From Squalus acanthias (lineage: Eukaryota), in assembly GCA_030390025.1 (NCBI GenBank), contig CM059425.1, forward strand, positions 173,230,001-173,294,000: a stretch of 64,000 bases of DNA. Direction: 5' to 3'. A model generated the notes under the pieces. It saw only the letters and a list, made by a program, of their open reading frames with translations. It did no database searches and was not told where the DNA came from. Shown piece after piece: positions 12,300-24,760 of this stretch; positions within the stretch are counted from its first letter, which is position 1; each line of letters begins with the position of its first letter. A program made the translations under genes and the position numbers.

Positions 12300-12450
12300 C
12301 CACTCTGCCAGTGGCCGTTAAGGTCACTACTGCCCTTATCTTCTATGCCACAGCATCATTCCAAACTTCCACTGGGGACATCTGTAACATAAGCCACGCA
12401 GGTGTGCAAAGATATATCAAGAAAATCACAAACTTATTGGCCTCTAGAGC
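12300..12450 (+). pseudogene. Harbinger (HARBI1-family) transposase fragment
   Basis: LPVAVKVTTALIFYATASFQTSTGDICNIS in ORF 12281-12487, homologous to 21325-21420. Confidence 0.75.
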
Positions 12451-14095
12451 CAGCAATTTCAGTTTCACAGCAGGAAACAGGCCATAAAACACCCAGAAGT
12501 TGACTAACCAGCAACTGATCTGTATGTAGTCATAGAGTCATAGAGTTATACAGCACAGAAATAGGCCCTTCGGCCCATCGTGTCCGCACCAGCCATCAAG
12601 CCCTGTCTATTCTAATCCCATTTTCCAGCACTTGGTCCGTAGCCTTGTATGCTATGGCGTTTCAAGTGCTCATCTAAATGCTTCTTGAATATTGAGAGAG
12701 TTCCTGCCTCTACCACCCTTTCAGGCAGTGAGTTCCAGATTCCAACCACCCTCTGGGTGAAAAAGTTTTTCCTCAAATCCCCTCTAAACCTCCTGCCCCT
12801 TACCTTGAAACTATGACCCCTGGTTATTGACCGCTCTGCTAAGGGGAAAAGTTCCTTTCTATCTACCCTATCTATGCCCCTCATAATTTTGTACACCTCA
12901 ATCAGGTCCCCCTCAGCCTTCTCTGCTCTAAGGAAAACAACTCCAGCCTGTCCAGTCTCTCTTCATAGCTGAAACGCTCCAGCCCAGGTAACATCCTGGT
13001 GAATCTCCTCTGCACCCTCTCCAATGCAATCACATCCTTCCTATAGTGTGGCAACCAGAACTGCACACAGTATTCCAGCTGTGGCCTAACTAGCGTTTTG
13101 TACAGTTCCATCATAACCTCCCTGCTCTTATATTCTATGCCTCGGCTAATGAAGGCAAGTATCCCATATGCCTTCTTAACCACCTTATCTACTTGTCCTG
13201 TTGCCTTCAGGGATCTATGTACATGCACACCAAGGTCCCTCTGATCCTCTGTCCTTCCTAGGGTCCTACCATTCATTGTGTATTCCCTTGCCTTGTTAGT
13301 CCTCCCAAAATGCATCACCTCACACTTTTCAGGGTTAAATTCCATTTACCACTGTTCTGCCCATTTGACCAACCTGTCTATATCGTCCTGTAGCCTGAGG
13401 CTTCCCTCCTCGCTATTTACCACCCTACCAATTTTCGTGTCATCTGCGAACTTACTGATCATACCTCCTACATTCATATTTAAATCATTAATGTACACTA
13501 CAAACAGCAAAGGACCCAGCACCGATCCCTGCGGTACACCACTGGACACAGGCTTCCAGTCACAAAAACAACCTCCGACCATCACCCTCTGCCTCCTGCC
13601 ACGAAGCCAATTTTGGATCCAATGTGCCAAGTTGCCCTGGATCCCATGGGCTCTTACCTTCTTGACCAGTCTCCCGTGTGGGACTTTGTCAAAAGCCTTA
13701 CTGAAGTCCATGTAGACCACATCAACGGCACTACCCTCATCCACACACCTAGTCACCCCCTCGAAAAAATCAATCAAGTTGGTCAGACATGATCTCCCCC
13801 TGACAAAGCCATGCTGACTATCCTTGATTAATCCTTGCCTCTCCAAGTGGAGACTAATTATGTCCCTCAGAATTTTTTCCAATAATTTCCCTACCACTGA
13901 TGTTAGGCTCACTGGCCTGTAATTCCCTGGTTTATCCCTACTACCCTTCTTGAATAATGGTACTACGTTAGCTGTTCTCCAGTCCTCTGGCACCTCCCCT
14001 GTGGTCATGATGCGGAGATGCCGGTGTTGGACTGGGGTGGTCAAAATTGAGAGGTCGCACAACACCAGGTTATAGTCCAACAGTTTTATTTGAAA

Positions 14096-14138
14096 TCACA
14101 AGCTTTCGGAGCTATTCGATTGCTCCTTCCTCAGGTGA
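14096..14138 (-). ncRNA. Minimal type I hammerhead ribozyme motif in the Penelope pLTR
   Basis: Reverse complement of 14979-15021. Confidence 0.7.
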
Positions 14139-14978
14139 AGTAAATTAGATACAGAATCGCCAAAGCATATATAGATAGAAAACAAAGCATGTGTACTTTA
14201 CAATTGCAGACCAATAAATTAAATCATCCTGACTATCTGCCGAGGTGTGATAAAGTTAATTAAGTCAGCCAGGAAGGTACCACATCAAAGACATAGCAAG
14301 ATACAACCGAGACAATGAGGTGTAGTCGCAGGGGTTCTAACGTGTCAAAAGCTGCCGTCTGTATGTAAAACGAAAAGCTTTAACATTTTTTTACTTTTTT
14401 ACTGGGAAAATTTTTACTTTTTTACTGGGAATCACATCTGTGAACAAGCTAACGACGACTCGAGTCCGGATCACGTCATGTATCGTGACATAAACCCAAG
14501 ATCCCGATTGAGACCGTCTTCTTGAGTGTGGAACTTGGCTATCAGTTTCTGCTCGATGATTTTGCGTTGTCGTGTGTTTCTAAGGTTGCCTTGGAGAACG
14601 CTTACCCGCAGATCCGAGGCTGAATGTCCTTGACTGCTGAAGTGTTCCCCGACTCGGAGGTAACAATCCTGCCTGCCGATTGTTGCGCGGTGCTCGTTCA
14701 TACGTTGTCTCAGTGTCTGCATGGTAAAAAATGTTAAAGCTTTTCGTTTTACATACAGACGGCAGCTTTTGACACGTTAGAACCCCTGCGACTACACCTC
14801 ATTGTCTCAGTTGTATCTTGCTATGTCTTTGATGTGGTACCTTCCTGGCTGACTTAATTAACTTTATCACACCTCGGCAGATAGTCAGGATGATTTAATT
14901 TATTGGTCTGCAATTGTAAAGTACACATGCTTTGTTTTCTATCTATATATGCTTTGGCGATTCTGTATCTAATTTACT

Positions 14979-15021
14979 TCACCTGAGGAAGGAGCAATCG
15001 AATAGCTCCGAAAGCTTGTGA
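14979..15021 (+). ncRNA. Minimal type I hammerhead ribozyme motif in the inverted pLTR
   Basis: tcac-CTGAGGA-a-ggagc(aatcgaata)gctcc-GAAA-gc-TT-gtga: stem I, CUGANGA, stem II, GAAA, palindromic minimal stem III, UH. Confidence 0.7.
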
Positions 15022-17800
15022 TTTCAAATAAAACTGTTGGACTATAACCTGGTGTTGTGCGACCTCTCAATTTTGACCTCCCCTGTGGCCAGAGAGGTTC
15101 TGAAAATTTGTGTCAGAGCCCCTGCAATCTCCTCCCTTGCCTCACACAGCCGCCTGGGATACATCTCATCTGGGCCTGGGGATTTATCCACTTTTAAGCC
15201 CGCTAAAACCGCTAGTACCTCCTCCCTCTCAATACTAATTTGTTCATGTATATCACAATCCCCCTGCCTGATTTCTATGCCTACTTCGTCCTTCTCCATA
15301 GTGAACACAGATGCAAAATATTCATTTAAAACCCCACCTACATCTTCTGGCTCTACACACAGATTGCCACTTTGGTCCCTAATGGGCCCTACTCTTTCCC
15401 TGGTTATCCTCTTGCCCTTAATATACTTATAAAACACCTTGGAATTTTCCTTTATTTTGCCCACCAGTGTTATTTCATGCCCCTCTTCACTCTCCTAATA
15501 TCTTTTTTAAGTACCCCCCTGCACTTTCTATACTCCTCTAGGGCTTCCACTGTTTTAGTCCTTTGTATCTGCCAAAAGCCTCCCTTTTTTTCCTAATCCA
15601 TTCTCGTATATCCCTTGACATCCAGGGTTCCCTGGGCTTGTTGGTCCCACCCTTGACCTTTACGGGAACATGTTGCCGTTGTATTCTCTCTATTTCCTTT
15701 CTGAAAGACTCCCACTGCTCTGATGTGGATTTTCCTACAAGTAGCTGATCCCATTCCACTTTGGCCAGATCCTGCCTCATCATATTAAAATCGGCCTTCC
15801 CCCAATTTAGAACCTTTATTTCCGATCCATCTTTGTCCTTTTGCATGACTTCCTTAAATCTCACCGAATTATGGTCACTGTCACCAAAATGCTCTCCTAC
15901 TAACACTTCTACCACTTGCCCAGCTACATTCTCTAGAATTAGGTCCAGTACCGCCCCCTCTCTTGTAGGACTTTCTACATGCTGGCTCAAAAAGCTCTCC
16001 TGGATGCACTTTAAGAATTCCGCACCCTCTAAGCCTTTCACACTCTGACTATCCCAGTTAATATTGGGGAAGTTGAAATCCCCTACTATTATTACCCTAT
16101 TATTTCTACACCTCTGAGATTTGCCTACATATCTGTTCCTCTATCTCCCCCTGACTGTTTGGGGGCCTATAGTACACGCTCAGCAAAGTGCTTGCCCCCT
16201 TTTTGTTTTTAAGTTCTACCCATATGGCCTCATTAGAGGAACCTGCTAAGATATTATCCCTCCTTACAGCAGTAAATGACTCCTTGATTAATATTGCGGC
16301 ACCCCCTCCTCTTTTACACCCCCCTCTGTCTCACCTGAAGATTCTATACCCCAGAATATTGAGCTGCCAGTCCTGCCCCTTCCTCAACCATGTCTCTGTG
16401 ATAGCAACAATATCATACTCCCATGTGTTCATCAACACCTTCAATTCATCGGCCTTACTCGCAAGACTCCTTGCATTAAAATAAATGCCATCCAGCCTTG
16501 CCATACTCCCTTGTGCCATTACATATTTGCTCTGCCTTCCAGACTGACTTGTTTTTTCCTCTATATTTGGCTGTGCATCACCCCCTACTATAGCTCCACT
16601 CCATATCCCATCCCCCTGCCAAGTTAGTTTAAACCCCCCCCCCCCCAACAGTACTAGCAAACCTCCCCGCAAGGATGTTGGTCCCGTTCCGGTTCAGGTG
16701 CAACCCGTCCGACTTGTACAGGTCCCACCGTCCCCAGAAGCAGACCTAGTGATCCAGGAAACTAAAGCCCTCCCTCCTGCACCAACTCTTTAGCCACGCA
16801 TTCATCTGCTCTATCCTCCTATTCCTATACTCACTAGCACGTGGCACCGGGAGTAATCCAGAGATTACAACCTTTGTGGTCTTGTTTTTTAATCTGCTAC
16901 CTAGCTCCCTAAATTCTTGTTGCAGGACCTCATCCCTCTTTCTACCCATGTCGTTTGTACCAATGTGAACCACGACCTCTGACTGTTCGCCCTCCCCCTT
17001 CAGAATGCCCTGCAGCCGTTCAGTGACATCCTTGACTCTGACACCAGGGAGGCAACATACCATCCTGGAGTCACGTCTGTTCCCCTTATGATAGAATCCC
17101 CTATCACTATTGCTCTCCACTCCTTTTTTCCTCCCCTCCTGTGCAGCTGAACCACTTGTAGTGCCACGGACTTGGCTCTTGCTGCATTCCCCTGAGAAAC
17201 CATCTCCCCCATCAGTATCCAAAACGGAAAATCTGTCAGAGAGGGAGATTAACCCAGGGGACTTCTGCACTACCTTCCTGTTACTTTTACTCTGTCTGGT
17301 GGTCACCCATTCCCTGTCTGCCTGTGCACTCTTTACTTGCGGTGTGACCACCTTGTTAAACGTGCTATCCACGAAGATCTCAGCTTCGCGGATGCTCCAC
17401 AGTGACTCCAGTCGCAGCTCCAGCTCCGAAACGCGGATTTCGAGTAGCTGCAGCTGGAGACACTTCCTGCACATGTGTTCGCCCTGGACACCTAAAGTGT
17501 CCCTGACTTCCAACATAGCACAGGAGGAGCACTCCACGCTGCCGAGCTGCCCTGCCATGTCCTACCCTTAATTTACTCCCTTTAAATTAAACAATATTAA
17601 ATACACTAGGGACCTTACTTCCCTTTAAACACTACTTACTCTAAACTAGAGACCTTACTTTTACTTTAATGACTGGAATGTAGAAATAGTATAGAAATAC
17701 TCACCGCTGGTTCTCTGTCCCCTCTTGTGCAGCTTTTTAGCTCCTGCTCTCCTGGAAGCTGACAAAGATGGAAAAAGAAAGGAACACCTCCCTCCCTGCA

Positions 17801-18154
17801 CTCCCTCACTTACCAAACTCGCAGCTTAACACTCTGTTCCGATCTGCACTCCACGACAAACTGTACTCTAGCCTCCCTTATTTATACTGCTGAGATTTAA
17901 ATAAGTGAGCTCTCTGGCAGTTACAGAACCAGATTAGACCACTTAATTAATTACTTACTCTCACCTGCTCTCCAGCACAGAGCTTGCTTAGCCCTGCCCA
18001 AGCCTGGAAGAAACTTAAAACTTGAAACAGTAAATTTAAATGCTAATTGCAAGCACACAAGACTAGAATTTATAAAAATAAGAGATTAACCTTTAAGATT
18101 TACTCCCTCACTCACCAAACTCGCAGCTTAATACTCTGTTCCGATCTGCACTCC
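17801..18154. repeat. ~50-bp direct repeat pair in the CR1 5' UTR
   Basis: ctccctcactYaccaaactcgcagcttaaYactctgttccgatctgcactcc at 17801-17852 and ~18104-18154. Confidence 0.85.
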
Positions 18155-18179
18155 GTAGTGGAGTGGATGAGACCTTTAA

Positions 18180-18290
18180 ATAAAGAAAGAACTTGCATTT
18201 ATATAGCACCTTTCACAACCTTAGGGCATCCAAAAGTGTTTATAGCCAATTAAGTATTTTTGAAGTGTAGTCACTGTTGTATTGTAGGAA
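18180..18290 (-). mobile_element. SINE/L2-like 3' tail
   Basis: aaagaacttgcatttatatagcacc...gaagtgtagtcactgttgta is the reverse complement of the tail at 490-590. Confidence 0.65.
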
Positions 18291-19312
18291 TAGCACTGCT
18301 GAAAGTTCCTTTCTGCCTGATAGCGTTATAAGTTGCTGGGCGAGTTTATCATGTGGCGAGTCAGGTGTTGGGGCAGCCCATTATCACAAAAGCATCCTAC
18401 AACAAGCAAAGGACCCTTATTTAAATATTTTGATCAGTGATTTAAATAGTTCTGGTGAACTCTCTAGACACCTACAGAGCAGCCCAGTCCAACATGGTGG
18501 GCAATGCAATTAATGCACATAATGAGCGGTGCGCCCTCCTCGCAATAGTGAATGCTTAGGTGTCCAGTTCACGCTTGATAAATGGACGTAATACCATCGA
18601 ATTTATAGGCCCTGAAATTGACAGCGCGTCGGGAACCGCCATCATCCCACCAACTTCCGCCTTTCATGGACCTGCTCGGGAGAGGCAGGCGATCTCATTG
18701 AGGTTGTTACCTGCTCATTTACAGACCCTTAACGGCCTTTTTAATGTCAGGTTTGAACTTTAACTAGTTGCGCACGGGATTCATGCACCTCGGGAACCTT
18801 GCCTGTGAAGGGGAGGCGGAAGCTCAGTGGCCATTGTGCTATTTCATTGAGTGGCAGCTGGAAAAAGCACATAAATACTCACACCTTACACCAGCTTCCT
18901 TGCCTAAGGGAAAGGCTCTTGCTGACACCATTTTGTGCAGAGATTTAGCTTTCAGGAGTTTGCAGGTGATTTCTGCAACCTCGGAAGCCACTCGCACCAC
19001 ATTGCAAGTCACTCTCGCTACATTGGAGGATTGTGCCTCTGATCTCCACCTTACCTGGCATCTATCAGATCAGCATGGGTGCCGCTTATGCTGTCTGACC
19101 TTGGAACTCAGATTCAGACCAAGATGAGCCCCAGCACAACAACAGCAGCCATAGCAGCAGCAGCAGCAGCAGCAACAACACCAGCAGCCTTCTCCTCACT
19201 GACCTGTTGCTCCACAGGAGAGAGGGCATCAGCACAGGGGTGCACCATGCCAGAGGGTATACAGGCAGAGGATGAGCTTCCTGGACATGACTGAGCAACA
19301 GTGCTTCAGGAG

Positions 19313-21233
19313 CCACGTTTCAGCCTGTTCTTGCCCCACGGAACTTATCTCTTCCTATCTCGACTCTATTTTTTCTCCCCTTGTCCAGTCTCTTCCCACC
19401 TACATCCGCAACTCTTTCGACACCCTCCGCCACTTTAACATTTTCCAGTTTCCTGGCCCCAACCGCCTCCTTTTCACTATGGACGTCCAATCATTCTACA
19501 CCTCCATCCCCCACCAGGATGGCCTGAGGGCGCTCCACTTCTTCCTTGAACAGAGGCCCAACCAGTCCCCATCCACCACCCTCCTCCGCCTGGCTGAACT
19601 TGTTCTCACATTGAACAACTTCTCCTTTGACTCCACTCACTTCCTCCAAATTAAAGGTGTTGCTATGGGAACCCGCATGGGTCCTAGCTATGCCTGCCTT
19701 TTCGTGGGATATGTGGAACATTCTTTGTTCCAGTCCTACTCAGGTTCCCTCCCTCACCTCTTTTTCTGGTTCATTGATGACTGTATCAGTGCCGTTTCCT
19801 GCTCTCGCCCTGAACTAGAAAATGTCATTCACTTTGCTTCCAATTTCCACCCTTCCCTCACCTTCACATGGTCCATCTCCGATTCTTCCCTTCCTTTCCT
19901 CGACTTCTCTGTCTCCATTTCTCGGGATAGGCTATTGACAAACATTCACTATAAGCCCACTGACTCCCACAGCTGCCTGGACTACACTTCCTCCCACCCT
20001 GTTTCCTGTAAGGACTCTATTCCATTCTCCCAGTTTCTCCGTCTCCGCCGCATCTGCTGTGACGATGCCACCTTCCATACTAGTGCTTCCGATATGTCTT
20101 CCTTTTTCCTCAACCAAGGATTCTCCTCTACCCTTGGCCGTGTCCATTCTATTTCCCGCACTTCTTCTCTCACCCCTTCCTCTCCCTCCCAGAACCATGA
20201 TAGGGTTCCCCTTGTCCTCACCTTTCACCCCACCAGCCTCCACATTCAACGGATCATCCTCTGCCATTTCCGCCACCTCCAGCGTGATCCCACCACCAAA
20301 CACATCTTCCCCTCCCCTTTCAGCATTCCGAAGGGACCGCTCCCTCCATGACACCCTGGTCCACTCCTCTATCACCCCCAACACCCCTTCCCCTTCCCAT
20401 GGCACTTTCCCATGCAAATGCAGGAGATGTAACACCTGCCCTTTTACCTCCTCCCTTCCCACTGTCCAGGGCCCCAAACACTCCTTCCAGGTGAAACAGC
20501 GATTTACTTGTACTTCTTGCAATTTAGTATACTGTATTCACTGCTCACGATGCGGTCTCCTCTACATTGGGGAGACCAAACGCAGATTGGGTGGCCGCTT
20601 TGCGGAACACCTCCATTCAGTCCGTAAAGGTGACCCCGAGCTTCTGGTCGCCTGTCACTTTAATTCTCCGCTCCACTACCACTCTGATCTTTCCATCCTC
20701 AGCCTCTTACACTGTTCCAACGAAGCTCAACGTAAGCACAAGGAACAGGACCTCATCTTTCGATTAGGCACTTTACAGCCTTCTTGACTCAACATCGAGT
20801 TCAACAATTTCAGACTATAACCGTGGCCCCTATTTTTTTCTTCATTTTTTTTCTCTCACATAGCAGCTGTTGATGATTCTGCCATTGCCATTTACACCTC
20901 ATCTAGAGTCATCTTTTGTTTCTTAACTTGTCCCATTACCATCTCCTTTTGCCTTGCACCATCATCCCTTTTGTCTTTTAATCTCTCCTGCCTTCCATCC
21001 TATCACAGACCTTCCCTTTTGTTCTTACCTCCCCTCCTCTCTTTCCCTGCCCCTACACTTGCTTAAAAATCTGTTACATCTCTAACTTTTTCCAGTTCTG
21101 ACGAAGGGTCATCGACCTGAAACGTTAACTCTGTTTCTCTCTCTACAGATGCTGCCTGACCTGCTGAGTATCTCCAGCATTTTCTGTTTTTATTTCAGAT
21201 TTCCAGCATCCGCAGTATTTTGCTTTTGTATTC
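19313..21233 (+). mobile_element. Penelope-like element (RT plus GIY-YIG), 5'-truncated
   Basis: RT: TMDVQSFYTSIPH, GVAMGTRMGP, FIDD, FLD; nuclease: CKCRRCNTC, NLVYCIHCSRCGLLYIGETKR; 12-bp TSD gtgcttcaggag at 19301-19312 and 21234-21245. Confidence 0.95.
21094..21130 (+). ncRNA. Minimal type I hammerhead ribozyme motif
   Basis: agtt-CTGACGA-a-gggtc(atc)gacct-GAAA-cg-TT-aact. Confidence 0.72.
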
Positions 21234-22769
21234 GTGCTTCAGGAGGCTCAGGCTATCGCGCCTGGTTGTCGCAGACATTTGTAGCTTGCTGGAACAAGAC
21301 CTGCTGCCCAGAGGTCCTGGTTTACAAAGTCACCACCGCCCTCAACTTCACCTTAGGCTCCTTCCAGGGATCTGCAGCAGACATTTGCAGAATCTCGCAG
21401 TCGGCCACACACAGATGCATCACCCAGGTGACCGATACCATGTTTCACAAGTCAGCCAATTATGTAAACTTTGCCACTGATGAAGCCAGTGTTACTGAGC
21501 GGGGGCTCGACTTTGAGGCTCTGGCTGGCTTCCCACAGGTGCAGGGCGTCATCGACTGCACACATGTGCCCATCAAGGCACCCCCATATCACCCAGGAGT
21601 GTTTGTGAACCGTAAGGGCTTCCACTCCCACAATGTGCAGCTCGTCTGCAACCATAAAAAGATCATCATGCATGTGTGCGCCAAATTCCCTGGGAGCTGT
21701 CATGACTCTTTCATGCTGTGCCAGTCCACCGTCCCTCAGCTCTTCGCACCTCCAAACAGACTTACCGGCTGGTTGTTTGGAGACCAGGGCTGTCCACTGA
21801 AGACGTGGTTGATGGCACCGTTGAGGAGAGGCTGAGCAATGATGCCAAAGAATGCTATAATGACAGCCACATCTCCACTAGATGTGTCATAGAGCAAGAA
21901 ATCTGAAGATGTGCTTCAGATGCCTTGACAGATCTGGCGGAGCCCTTCAGTACGCACCAGCCAGGGTCTCCAGAATCATCGTCGTTTGCTGCGCTCTTCA
22001 CAACATAGAGCAGCAGCGAGGATTGGAGCTGCAGGAGGAGCAAGGCGCAGAGCGCACAGCCTCTTTGGAGGAGGAGGAGGAAGAGGAACCTGAGGTGGTA
22101 ATGGCACCAGAAGTGGTGCACATTGCTTCCCGGGAGGCCCGGGATGGCCTCATAATGGCCCAATTTATTTAACTTGCACCAGTGTACCCATGTGGCTCCC
22201 AGATGCTGTAACATTTTCCCCGCCCACGCCCTCCCCCAAGAACACCACAAAGCAGTCCAACAATGACCAAGCCATTCCTGTCAACCGAACCCCCACTGTT
22301 TGAGGTTAAGTAATGTCTCACCATTTACTTCAAGTGACAAAGCCCACTTCCCAGGTAGCAGGAAAAATGGACAAGACGGGAATGTTGTGCAAAGAAATAA
22401 ATTTATGTGCGTTAAAACAGAACTGAAACTTAACACTAACATTTTGGCAAACACACATGTGCATACCCTTGTGTATCTACGATTGTGTCTTTTTTTCTTT
22501 TCCAACTGCTTCTACGAGGTGCAACCACTGTGGCTTCAGCAAAGTTAGAGGCAGGCTGCTCACTTCCCTGCTCTGACTGCTTTGACACATTTGGCGGATG
22601 TCCTCTGGATTTTAGGGCCCGTGAGGGCCCCGCCAAAGACTGCTCCTCCTCCGACTGTGCAGGGGCAGACTCTGCCATCACGATCCGAGGCAGCATGTGG
22701 GGCTCTGACTGAGGGGGAGGCAATGGGGGAGAAGTGGGACCATTTTGAGAGGAGCCCCCACTTCCATGT

Positions 22770-24423
22770 AATAATTTTTCAAAACTCCCTGGATTCCGCT
22801 AAGGTCCCGGCAGACTGGAAAACTGCTAATGTAACACCCTTATTTAAAAAGGGCAGTAGACAGAAGGCTGGTAACTATAGACCGGTTAGCCTAACATCTG
22901 TGGTAGGTAAAATTTTGGAGTCCATTATTAAGGAAACAGTAACAGGACATTTGGATAATCATAATTTAATAGGACAAAGTCAGCATGGTTTTACGAAGGG
23001 GAAGTCATGTTTGACAAATTTGCTGGAGTTCTTTGAGGAAGTAACATATAGAGTGGATAAAGGGGAACCAGTGGACGTAGTGTATTTAGACTTCCAAAAG
23101 GCATTTGACAAGGTGCCACACAAAAGATTATTGCTTAAGGTAAAAAATCACGGGATTGGGGGTAATATTCTGGCATGGATAGAGGATTGGCTATCTAACA
23201 GAAAGCAAAGAGTTGGGATAAATGGTTCATTCTCAGACTGGCAATCAGTAACTAGTGGTGTTCCACAGGGGTCAGTGCTGGGTCCCCAACTCTTCACAAT
23301 CTATATTAACGATTTGGAGGAAGGGACCAAGTGTAACATATCAAAATTTGCAGATGATACAAAGATGGGAGGGAAAGTAGTGAGTGAGGAGGACATAAAA
23401 AACCTGCAAGGGGACATAGACAGGCTAAGTAAGTGGGCAGAGATTTGGCAGATGGAATACAACACTGGAAAGTGTGAGGTGATGCACTTTGGCAGGAAAA
23501 ATCCTAGAGCAATTTATTATCTTAATGGCAAGAAACTGGAGAGTACTGAAGTGCAAAGGGATCTGGGGGTCCTGGTGCACGAAACTCAAAAGGTTAGTAT
23601 GCAGGTGCAGCAAGTGATTAAGAAGGCAAATGGAATGTTGGCTTTCATTGCTAGGGGGATAGAATATAAAAATAGGGAGGTATTGCTTCAGTTGTACAAG
23701 GTATTGGTGAGACCGCACCTGGAATACTGCATACAGTTTTGGTGTCCTTACTTAAGGAAAGACATCCTTGCTCTCGAGGCAGTGCAAAAAAGGTTCACTC
23801 GGTTAATCCCGGGGATGAGGGGGTGGTCATATGAGGAGAGGTTGGGTAGATTGGGACTCTACTCATTGGAGTTCAGAAGAATGAGAGGCGATCTTATTGA
23901 AACATATAAGATTGTGAAGGGGTTGGATCGGGTGGATGCGGGGAGGATGTTCCCGATGACGGGTGAGACGAGAACTAGGGGACATAGTCTTAGAATAAGG
24001 GGCTGCTCTTTCAAAACTGAGATGAGGAGGAACTACTTCACTCAGAGGGTGGTAGGTCCATGGAATATGCTGCCACAAAAAGCTGTAGAAGCTACAACAT
24101 TAATTAAATTTAAAACAGAAATAGACAGTTTCCTAGAAGTAAAGGGCATTAAGGGTTACGGGGAGTGGGCAGGAATTTGGACATGAGTCTAGGTTCGGAT
24201 CGGTCATGGCCCTGTGGGTAGTGGAGTGGGCCCAGGGACTGTGTAGCCTGATTCTGCTCCTATTTCGTGTGTGCAATTCTGTTAGATGCAGGAGATGGTT
24301 CTGTGATAGATAGTAGATTGGCGGTTAGGATCAGATCAGCCATGATCTTATTGAATGGCGGAGCAGGCTCGAGGGGCCGATTGGCCTACTCCTGCTCCTA
24401 TTTCTTATTTCTTATGTTTATGT
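22770..24423 (+). mobile_element. Young 5'-truncated CR1 with uninterrupted RT frame
   Basis: About 470 codons open from IIFQNSLD to the stop at 24186 with all RT motifs; 3' UTR and tail; atgt at both junctions. Confidence 0.95.
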
Positions 24424-24760
24424 TCCCTGTCCCCATCATGCCTCTCATGGGCCACCTGCACTTTCCTGCTAGTGAGGAGCTGGACAGCACCTTGCTGCAC
24501 AGCAGTGGGGTGATGAATGCCCAAGTCTATGTTGGGTGTCCATCCTCGAGATGAGGTCTATGAGTGTGTGCAATCTGTTGTTCACAGCAAGCATGTTCTC
24601 GTTCGCACATTAGCTGCTCCATGCAGGTGGCCATCCTTTCCATGGAACAGCACATTGTAAGGGATGTGGACGGCTGCTCTGTGCTTAGCCTGGGTGTTAG
24701 TGCGGTGTTAGGCCTTGTTGCCTGTTCTGGTCTCCAGCCAGCCTGATAACACTAGACACC

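Larger units (their letters stand above)
14005..15075 (-). mobile_element. 5'-truncated Penelope-like element with inverted pLTRs and GIY-YIG C-terminal fragment
   Basis: Inverted arms 14039-14394 and 14724-15078; ORF 14471-14722 (LRQRMNEHR...EQKLIAKFHT...GLNRD); extra 34-nt tail 14005-14038; 13-bp TSD acctcccctgtgg at 13992-14004 and 15076-15088. Confidence 0.93.
12531..18154 (-). mobile_element. Full-length CR1 LINE interrupted by a Penelope element
   Basis: ORF1 16746-17558; APE fragments 15538-16500; RT 15076-15464 and 12612-14004 (GVPQGSVLGP, KFADD); (tatgactc)n tail at 12531; possible 5-bp TSD gtagt at 12526-12530 and 18155-18159. Confidence 0.93.
19075..22172 (+). pseudogene. Harbinger DDE transposase, frameshifted and split by Penelope
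   Basis: Rejoined [35 protein letters not shown]; then [57 protein letters not shown], acidic tail, stop at 22172. Confidence 0.9.

Noticed and set aside
12281..12487. Host HARBI1 gene
   Set aside because: Short, decayed, multi-copy transposase pieces, the longer ones with frameshifts and TIR context; not the domesticated gene.
13346..14080. Recurring N-terminus MDYNLVLCD on several ORFs (13346, 15037, 55318)
   Set aside because: It is the non-coding Penelope pLTR end read from a TTG codon into adjacent sequence.
19272..20351. Transposase-RT fusion ORF (MSFLDMTEQQCFR joined to RT)
   Set aside because: Created by the Penelope insertion with a 12-bp TSD; both partners are frameshifted downstream.
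22582..24186. 534-aa ORF as a novel fusion gene
   Set aside because: The first ~63 codons are antisense Harbinger sequence read from a TTG start into a 5'-truncated CR1 RT; a chance in-frame junction.
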